Shown piece after piece: positions 34,892 to 44,294 of a DNA stretch of 44,294 bases (the first letter of the stretch is position 1; each line of letters begins with the position of its first letter). A program made the position numbers and the translations under genes. The DNA comes from Veleropilina oligotropha. Taxonomy: Eukaryota. The DNA lies in assembly GCA_048128005.1 (NCBI GenBank), contig JBEUKZ010000111.1, forward strand, positions 372,001 to 416,294. Reading direction: 5' to 3'. The notes under the pieces are model-generated. The model had not been told where the DNA came from. It saw nothing but the letters and a program-made list of their open reading frames with translations, and did not search any database.

Positions 34892-35229
34892 AACTGACTG
34901 TTCACTGTATAATGAGGAACCGGCACTCCACAGCTGCCGCTAGATGTCGCGCGCAACAGTAGGTCATGTCACAAGGCCGTCTTGAATAACTTGAATAGGT
35001 AAACACAATTCCAGTTCACTGTTCGGTTCGCAGATGTAATGGGAATGGAGGCCATCGTTTCACCAACCCGAAAAAACAGTAATAAAGGAAACGTACTTAT
35101 CATGCAATGCATTACATATTTATTTTGGCCCCACTTGCTTCGTTAGAGAAGAAAAGTCAATCCGATAACGATAAAAGCGATATTTGTTCGTCCGTTGGTC
35201 CACATCGATTTTTCGACGAAACGCATAAT

Positions 35230-35580
35230 AGGCTAATAATAATGTAATGTGGATACTTATAATGCGCTTTTTCATGCACGAATGCTTGCTCAAAGCGCTA
35301 CATTATTATTCCCTGGTTAACGGCCTGTTCTGTTCGAGATTCTATCTCATCTCTCTCTGCGAGTATTACAGCCGAGCTGCCGTTTATAGGCGCATCAGAC
35401 TAGTCATACTGACAATTCCCTCACTGCCAACCAGGTACCCACTCAGATCTCAGATCGGCTGGGTGAACCGAGGCAATATATGCTTTAATTCCTTGCCCAA
35501 GGGAAGTCGCCGGGATCGGATTTGAACCCCAAACCTCTCGAGTGAGAGGCCAGTGCATCTACCACTGTACCACGGTTGCA
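35230..35580 (-). mobile_element. tRNA-derived SINE with CORE-like central box and L2-like tail
   Basis: On the minus strand: tggtacagtgg A box, ggttcaaatcc B box, cccttgggcaag, tgggtacctgg, agcgctttgag..aaaagcgc, (TTA) tail. Confidence 0.75.
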
Positions 35581-35619
35581 TATGTCTTATATATTTAAAT
35601 TAATTTTTGATCGAAAAAA

Positions 35620-37522
35620 AGTCACTAATAAACACGATGAAGGCAACGTAAGTGCATTACATACAACTAAATATACACAAGCAATTACATTTTTGGAAAT
35701 ATGAAACTTAAGTTTGGCCCATTCAAATCATAACGACTAACAACAGATTTCCGTAAAATTGCGTATTCCGCGTATTGTAGCATAGGCCTAAGATATTTAC
35801 ATATAGGCCTAAGTTATTTTGCGGATTACTTATACATTAAATCACCATTAAACACCATGAAAGCAGCGCAAATATATTACATATAACTATAAATATAAAG
35901 AATGACTACTTATTTTGCCAAATGAAACATAAATATGTCCATTCAAATCAAAACGAGTGACACTATCGGATTTCCGCGAACTTGCGTATTGTATGATATT
36001 TTGCGCTTTTCGTATAAAATCACCACTAAACACCATGAATGTAACACAAATACATTACACATACCTAAATATTCACAAATAACTACTTACTAAAGCTTAG
36101 CATATGAAATATAAATTTGGTCCATTCAACCACACACGCGACTCACATCAGATTTCCGTACCTTGCGTAGGCCTACTAGTTGTGCGATAGTTAGCGTATT
36201 TCAAATAAAATCATCGCTAAACACTATATCAAATCAAGAAAAAACGTTACATATACCTAAATATGCACAAATAAATACGTATTTCACCATATTAAATATA
36301 TATTTTGCGAATTCCAACGTGGATTTGAGTAAATCGTGCCCCCCCCCCCTCCCCATCTATCAACGATGATGTTACTCATTCACGAGAATCCGAATGATAC
36401 GCTGAATTACCTTAGACCAGTCGCTACCTGGCACCAGCATACTAAATACTACTTATGCCATCCATGATAACAAGGCATCCATTGACAACGATCAAGTTGG
36501 TAATTTCGATATTGGATGTACTCGAATACTCTATCGCGTTCGTACGACGAAGATGACTCGTTTACGCCGTCTACGGATAACGTAGGCCTATTCAACGTAC
36601 GTATCCCCTGCCGAATCTTCATTCGATGATGTGTCCACTGTCGATTCTTCAGACGGACAACATGATGAACAACATATATTACAACTATTTTTTCATAATT
36701 TAGATATATATTTTGTATTTATATTTTGATCCAATGTTGTGAATGTTTTTTATATAACGTAAATTGCCAAAATTTTGTCATCAAAGTTATTTGTTAACTA
36801 ATAATTTGATGTATACATATTTTAAATAAGCTCGATCAGCGTCAATTTTAGATCCAATCCAATAAAATACTATTATAATCCTAAAATAATGCGTTCTGTC
36901 ATTTGTGTGATTTACTAGCTATATATATATAATGGTAATTCAGCGTAGCATTCGGGTTCTCGTGAAGGAGTAACATCATCGTTGATAGATGGGGGGGGGG
37001 CACAATTTACGTATATATTTGTGCATATTTAGGTATATTATATTATTATTACATGTAGGCTAACGTATTTTCCTTGATTTGATAGTGTTTAGCGATGATT
37101 TTATTTTTTGAAATGCGGCGCAAAATATCGTACAGTACGCAAGTTACGGAAATCTGATGTGAATCGCGTGTGTGGTTGAATGGACCAAATCTATATTTCT
37201 TATGCCTTAATAAGTTGTTATTTGTGAATACTTAGGTATATGTAATGTATTTGTGATGCTTTCACGGTGTTCAGTGGTGATTTTATCAGAAAAGCGCAAA
37301 ATATCATACAATACGCAAGTTCACGGAAATCCGATATCACTCGTTTTGATTTGAATGAACATATCTATATTTCATTTGTCAAAATAAGTTGTCATGTTTT
37401 ATATTTAGTTATATATACAGTATGTAATATATTTGCGTTACTTAATGGTGTTTAATGGTGATTTAATGTATGAGTGAATTACTGTAATCCGCAAAATATC
37501 TTAGGCCTATGCTACAATACGC
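35620..37522. mobile_element. Foldback-type element: ~600-bp inverted arms built from ~190-bp subunits
   Basis: ~35770-36410 is the reverse complement of ~36934-37522. Subunit motif aaatcacca.taaacaccatgaa...ccattcaa...gatttccg recurs. Confidence 0.8.
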
Positions 37523-37737
37523 GTCTCTAAGCATAGTTTTCAACTCCAACAGAATTTTGGACGCATATTTACTGCCATCCATCGTAAATGAATAAATAAA
37601 ATGTAAGTATTTGGAATATTTTAGTTGACACGATGTTAACACAAAACGACCAACAGAGCTGTTATGTAGCATTGGTAGCGAACCGGATAACCTACTTCCC
37701 AGTGGCGCCATCTGTCGGATTAGTTCCGCCGGTTCCT

Positions 37738-39040
37738 CATTATGTTGACGATAACACCATATCATATGCTCATAATAATTATGATGTTATGCTAGAAACT
37801 CTAGAAAGGGAATGCAACAGCCTAATGTCATGGTTCTCTTGTAACATGATGCAGACTAACCCTGATAAATTTCAGTCCATTGCTATTGGTAAAAACACCA
37901 ACAAGAAATGTGCATATATCAAAGTTGGTGATATAAATATATCTTGCTCTGAAGAAGTCAAATTGCTCCGCGTTACAATTGACTTCCAACTAAAATTTGA
38001 CAAGCACATATCTACCATATGTCGCAAGGCTTCTCAGCAGGTCAATGTGCTTAAACGCATTGGTATCCATCTGAATTTACAATGCAAACTACTTATTTAT
38101 CACTCTTTCATATTTTAGAACCTGAACTATTGTCTATTAACCTGGCACTTTTGCAGCGAGTGTAATGTTAAGAAGCTCGAAAAAATCCAAGAGCGAGCGT
38201 TACGTTTTATCTATAATGATTTTTATTTATCATACGAAGAACTTTTACATAAAAGTAAATTCCCCTCTTTACGTATTCGACGCCTGAAGCAAATGGCTCT
38301 GGAAACATATACAATTTTCTATATACAGAGCCCCCAGTACCTTTCAGATTTGATAAATCCCAAAACTGACAATATTTATTCCTTCAGGTATGAGAACACA
38401 GTTATTTTATCTAGAGTAAACACTACAAGGTATGGTATAAATTATTTTAGATTCGCAGCTGCTAAACTCTGGAATGATTTACCCAACTCATTTCGATCCA
38501 CTTCCAGCTTTGCCAATTTCAAAACTATCATAACTGCTTGGAATGGACCAGATTCGTGTCGTTGCTCTGCTTGCATCTAACTTCTCATCTGCATCTAGCT
38601 ACCACGTTCATGTTTTATATTGCTTTATATTACTCATTCATTTTATTACTATGGTAGACAAACTTCTTAATTCCCAATTACGCATGAATTTGCATGCTGC
38701 TCATATGCTACGACACACAATATTAATATTTTTTGTCAATATTTATCTTTATTCTTTTATCATCATTTTATCATGATTTTATCATGTTTTTGCTCTCATC
38801 TTAACTATTTTAAAACAGTTTGTTTTGTTATGTAAATAATATGTTGTATAATTGTAGTGTCTTTGCTTATGCATGCAATTATCATTACATGGTTTTATAC
38901 TGTATTGTGCTAGAATTATTTATTTAAACTTTTAAACTCTTAGATATTAGGTCGGTCAAATAGCTTTCAAGCTAGTGTTTCCTTTTTATGTATATTCCGA
39001 CGGTAAATAAAATATGATTTGATTTGATTTGATTTGATTA
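37738..39040 (+). mobile_element. 5'-truncated CR1/L2-group LINE
   Basis: Begins at YVDDNT; NPDKFQ, KIQERALRFI and KLWNDLP; stop at 38118; AATAAA plus (GATTT)n tail. Confidence 0.88.
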
Positions 39041-40233
39041 GGCTGTGCTTATTAAACTTTGCCCAAGTGTATAATTATTTAACCAGAACACCGCTTGCAA
39101 AAACATGGCGTAAGTGGAAGACCCTTATTAAGTTGCCTTTGAAATGGTAATGTTTGATGATTAGACGGCCTGAAACGTCTCCTCGCGATAGGTAAGAATG
39201 CCAGTGGTCATTTGCAAAGACGACATTTTGTTTTCTATAGTATCTTAAATACAATATTTTGACAGAATTTCATCATGGATCATATTTCGAACACATCGGC
39301 TCTATGTAAAATCGGTCAAATGAATTTAAATGTAAATTTCTTCGATAACGCCTATGTGCGGACAAACCCAGTAATTATATTATAACGAGCTCATTACAAG
39401 CCTATATCAAACCTAGATTATAGCATATGATAAATATAACTGTATTCTTTTATTTTTTTATTTTCCTCGACTGTTTTGGCAGGTCTGCAAAATTTAATGT
39501 TCTATCCCTACCTAGTGACGACATTGACTTACAAATTGTCTCCCCAGCAGGATAGTCGGTAAGCCGACATAGTTTGCGTTTTTTTTTAACTATTCAATAA
39601 TATAGGTGATTGGTTTACTGTCTATTGTTTATTCCAGTGCCAAGGTTGCGAGCATGTATGACGTTATTGAGTATGTCGCAATATTTTCCACAAGATCACC
39701 GTCGCAGAGGAGAACTGACTTGCCGTATGTCTAAACTTGTGTTGCAATACTCCAGTGGTGTTATTTTAGCCATCATAACAATTCCAAATAACACTGGGGC
39801 CCACGTGGATGGAAAATTTTAGTACTTTATACTGTGAAACGGCCTCTCCTGCGTTCTGAGGCAAAATTATTGGTACGACCAAGGTCGTAGTGGTCGCGTA
39901 CCGCTTCCGCCGGCCCTGCCACCGCCATAATATTGTCTTCCTGTCCTGATATGAAGATGTGTGGAAGTCAAATGATAATCAGGCCAGTTCACTCTAAAAC
40001 ATAAGACTATTTCTCTTCACCATTGGTGTCTTTTGTTCCATTCTGGAATATCTTACCCTGGGAATATCTCTGGCAAATCAATGCACAGCCATACTGGTAT
40101 GCGCTGAAGAAATATATGCTCTATGTTTGATAACATCAATTTTAGCATAACATGGTACATTCCCAGAATTATACAGTAACCCACGAATGTGGAATACGTT
40201 GATGCGATTTGCTAAATAAATCGTCAGGTCAAA

Positions 40234-41928
40234 ATGAGTGCATTCGGGTGCAGCGTTTGTGAGAAATCATTCATCGACGAAAGGAAGCTTACAATTCATA
40301 TAGCAGGGCATGATAATGGACACGACGTCGAGAACAACCAAAGTGAGAAGGCATTATCAGGCTCGGGCAGTCTTAGTCGGAATATTTCACTCCATACTGA
40401 GGAAAAACCGCATCAATGTTTTGTGTGTAATGAGACGTTTTCAATAGCAGGTACTCTGAAAATGCATATGGAAATACATACTGAGAAGAAGCCACATCAA
40501 TGTGCTGTGTGTAATAAGACATTTTCGCAAGCCTTTAATCTTAATAGGCACATGCGAACCCATACTGGAGAGAAACGATATCGATGTGAAGTATGTAATA
40601 GTGCCTTTTCTCAATCATATAGTCTTAAGTCGCACATGCCAATCCATACTGGAAAGCCGCGCCCTCAATGCGTTGTGTGTAATCGAACATTTGGACTAGT
40701 AGGTAGTCTCAATAAACACATGCGAACCCATACTGGGGAAAAACCGCATGAATGCGCGGAGTGTAACAGAGCGTTTACAGAAGCCGGTAATCTTAGGGCG
40801 CACATGCTAACTCACACAAAGGAGAAACATTATCAATGCGGTGTGTGCAATAAGACATTTGCGCAATCACAGACCATTAAGAACCACATGCGAATCCATA
40901 CTGGAGAGAAACCGCATCAATGTGATGTGTGTAATCATACATTTTCACAAGTAGTTAATCTTAAGACACACATTTTAACCCATACTGGGGAGAAACGTCA
41001 TCAATGTGCTGTATGTAATCGAACTTTTTCACGAGCGGCTACCCTAAATAGGCACAGGCGAATCCATACTGGCGGAAAACCATATCGATGTGCTGTATGT
41101 AATGAGACCTTTTCTCATTCATTTATTCTCAAGTCGCACATGCCAATCCATGCTGGAAAGACGCGCCCTCAATGCTTTGTGTGTAATCGAGAAATTGCTG
41201 GTAACCTCAAAATTCACATGCGATCCCATACTGGGGAAAAACCGTATCAATGCTCTGAGTGCAATAAAACGTTTTCGGTAGCAGGTAGTCTTAAGATGCA
41301 CATGCTAACTCATACAAAGGAGAAACGGTATCAATGCGGCGTGTGCAATAACACATTTGCGCAATCACAGACTATGAAGAAACACATGCGAATACATACT
41401 GGAGAGAAACGACATAAATGCGCAGTGTGCAATAAAACATTTTCATATTTAAATAGTATCAAGGCGCACATGCTAACACACACTGGGGAAAAACTACACC
41501 AATGCGACAGGTGTACTCAGACATTTGCCATGGCGGGCCATCTTAAGACACACATGCGAACCCATACTGGGGAGAAACCGTATCAGTGTGTTGTTTGTAA
41601 TCGTTCGTTTTCAAGGTCAGATATTCTAAAGAGACACATGCGAATTCATACTGGGGAGAAGCCATATCGATGTGCTGTGTGTGATAAGACCTTTTCAGAT
41701 TCACATCCTCTCAAAACACACATGTTAACCCATACTGGGGAGAAACCACATCGATGCGCTGTGTGTAATCGGACATTTGCACATGCTGTTTCTCTTAAGA
41801 CGCACATGCGAACCCATACTGGTGAGAAACCACATCAATGTGTTGTTTGTGATCGTGGATTTGCGCAAGCAGGTACCCTTAATAGGCACATGCGGCGGCA
41901 TACTGCAGAGAAACCGTGTCATGTGTAA
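40234..41928 (+). CDS. C2H2 zinc-finger array protein, 564 aa, about 19 fingers
   Basis: Tandem CxxC..HxxxH with TGEKP linkers in a single long ORF. No KRAB, SCAN, BTB or ZAD domain visible. Confidence 0.9.
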   Translation: MSAFGCSVCEKSFIDERKLTIHIAGHDNGHDVENNQSEKALSGSGSLSRNISLHTEEKPHQCFVCNETFSIAGTLKMHMEIHTEKKPHQCAVCNKTFSQAFNLNRHMRTHTGEKRYRCEVCNSAFSQSYSLKSHMPIHTGKPRPQCVVCNRTFGLVGSLNKHMRTHTGEKPHECAECNRAFTEAGNLRAHMLTHTKEKHYQCGVCNKTFAQSQTIKNHMRIHTGEKPHQCDVCNHTFSQVVNLKTHILTHTGEKRHQCAVCNRTFSRAATLNRHRRIHTGGKPYRCAVCNETFSHSFILKSHMPIHAGKTRPQCFVCNREIAGNLKIHMRSHTGEKPYQCSECNKTFSVAGSLKMHMLTHTKEKRYQCGVCNNTFAQSQTMKKHMRIHTGEKRHKCAVCNKTFSYLNSIKAHMLTHTGEKLHQCDRCTQTFAMAGHLKTHMRTHTGEKPYQCVVCNRSFSRSDILKRHMRIHTGEKPYRCAVCDKTFSDSHPLKTHMLTHTGEKPHRCAVCNRTFAHAVSLKTHMRTHTGEKPHQCVVCDRGFAQAGTLNRHMRRHTAEKPCHV

Positions 41929-42344
41929 CCAGACCTTTTCACATTCACAGTTTCAAGGCGCACATGTTAATACATACGGGGGAGAAATCACATCGATGTG
42001 CTGTTTGCGATCATACATTTACACTATCCGGTAAACTTCAGAGGCATATGCGAACCCATACAAGGGAAAAGCCGCATCTTTGTGTTGTGTGTAATGGGAC
42101 GTTTTCTCAGGCAGGTCATCTTATGAGGCACATGCTGCTTCATACAGAGGTAAATTCATATCAATGTGATGTGTGTAAGAAGACATTTGCGTTATCAGAT
42201 TATCTTAAGAAACACCAACGAATCCATACTGGAGAGAAACCATATCAATGTGGTGTGTGCAATAAGACATTTTCGCTGTCTGATTATCGTAGGACACACA
42301 TGATAATCCATAATGGCGGGAAACCGCATCAGTGTGTTGAGTGA
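41929..42344 (+). pseudogene. Out-of-frame continuation of the zinc-finger array (4 intact fingers plus remnants)
   Basis: ORF 41916-42344 resumes fingers after small deletions around 41915-41950. Confidence 0.8.
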
Positions 42345-42499
42345 AACCAGACTCGTCACATTCAAATATTATCAAAAGCTCGCATGGCAATACGTATTTG
42401 TAAAACAGCATCAATGCGCTGTGTGCAAACAAAAATTTGCACTAACCTTTGTTCTAAAGGGACACATGATATCCATCAGGTGAAAAAGCACAACGAATG

Positions 42500-42817
42500 T
42501 ATCTTGATTTCATCTTCATTTTACCTTCATTTCTTACCGTGATGGTTGATTAACAGAGTCCCGATTTCGGTCAGGTGAAAAAGCACATCGAGGCGGCGAT
42601 ATTATAAGTTTTCGGACGATGTCGCGGTGAATACGGTGGATTGAATACCGAATAAAGTTAAACCACGAGGCGCTAGCGCCGAGTGGTTTAACGTTATGAG
42701 GTATTCAATCAAACGTATTTACCAAGACGTTGTTCGACAACGTATTTATCTTGATTATATCTTCATTTTACTTTCATTTCTTACCGTGATGGTTGATTAA
42801 CAGAGTCCCGAATTCGT
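42500..42817. repeat. Imperfect palindrome flanked by a ~70-bp direct duplication (possibly Crypton-type non-autonomous element)
   Basis: Centre taaaccacgaggcgctagcgccgagtggttta with arms gattgaatacc / ggtattcaatc. Direct repeat at 42500-42570 and 42747-42817. Confidence 0.5.
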
Positions 42818-43001
42818 GCATGACACGTGTTACCAGCCATTTGCATTTAGCTATCTACGGTGTCAGAGAATTCGCGGCGAAATCCAGATAATGATACTTA
42901 ATCCCATTTATATTGACACCGCACTGTTATTGTTTCGCACCAAATAAATGCAACGTTTATTTTCGTTAAGTTACGTATTTACAGATCGTAGTACTTTGTT
43001 C

Positions 43002-43603
<602 letters not shown>

Positions 43604-43632
43604 TTGCTCTTTTTTAGTTTTGTGTAGTTTAA

Positions 43633-44076
43633 AGAGACTATTGCCCGTAAATGCGCTCTTTATTTTTTTAAAAAGAATGCTAACAGCATTACCCTTTTTG
43701 TTTATAACATATAAAGTTAGAAATTTTCAACACTCAACTTTCGTCAGTAATTTGCTACCGTTTAAGTTAATCGCTACTGAATATTTGAAAATAATTAAAC
43801 GCGGTCCGCGTTTAATCACCTCGCACCGAGGGCATTTCCAATTGACCTAGTTGGGCATAGTTCCGTAGGTTTCTGTTCGTCAAGTAAGATAGTTTTCTAC
43901 TTGACAATAACATATATTGCCCAGTTACAATAATAATTTCAACAAACGTCTATCATTTGTTCATATATCGATAATATCTTCGCGATATTTGTATCAATCA
44001 GCGCGAACCGTGCGATAGGGGGTGTTCAGTCATGCTGCACAGTCACGAAAAGAGCGCATTTACGGCAATAGTCTCT
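43633..44076. mobile_element. Kolobok-like MITE with TTAA target, followed by a partial second copy to the window end
   Basis: TTAA|agagactattgcccgtaaatgcgctcttt ... aaagagcgcatttacggcaatagtctct|TTAA. 44081-44294 repeats the internal part. Confidence 0.8.
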
Positions 44077-44294
44077 TTAAATTAATCGCTACTAAATATT
44101 TAAAAATAATAAAACGCGGTCCGCGTTTAATTACCTCGCACCGAGTGCATTTCCAATTGACCTAGTTGGAGCACAGTTGCGTTGGTGTCTGCTGGTCAAG
44201 TAAGATAGCTTTCTACTTGACAATGACATATATTGCCCAGTTACAATAATAATTTCAATAAAAGTCGATCATTTGATCATATATCGATCATATC

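Overview
Animal (probably marine invertebrate) genomic DNA with an AT-rich background. The main feature is a GC-rich, intronless, gene-dense ~12.7 kb block (7180-~19915). It reads as an endogenous Polinton/adintovirus-like dsDNA virus: a divergent family-B DNA polymerase apparently fused to an SF1 helicase and an HNH nuclease, a retroviral-type DDE integrase, an A32/FtsK-type packaging ATPase, putative major and minor jelly-roll capsid genes, about six membrane-type proteins and a secreted Cys-rich protein, ending in a hairpin/repeat-rich terminus. Most viral genes carry a few stops or frameshifts. The polymerase is cut on its left by a PIF/Harbinger transposon whose three-exon transposase is intact. 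The rest of the window holds two C2H2 zinc-finger genes among Academ-like relics, MITEs, a foldback element, two tRNA-derived SINEs, two CR1/L2-group LINE fragments and simple repeats. All family assignments come from motif recognition by eye; no searches were run.
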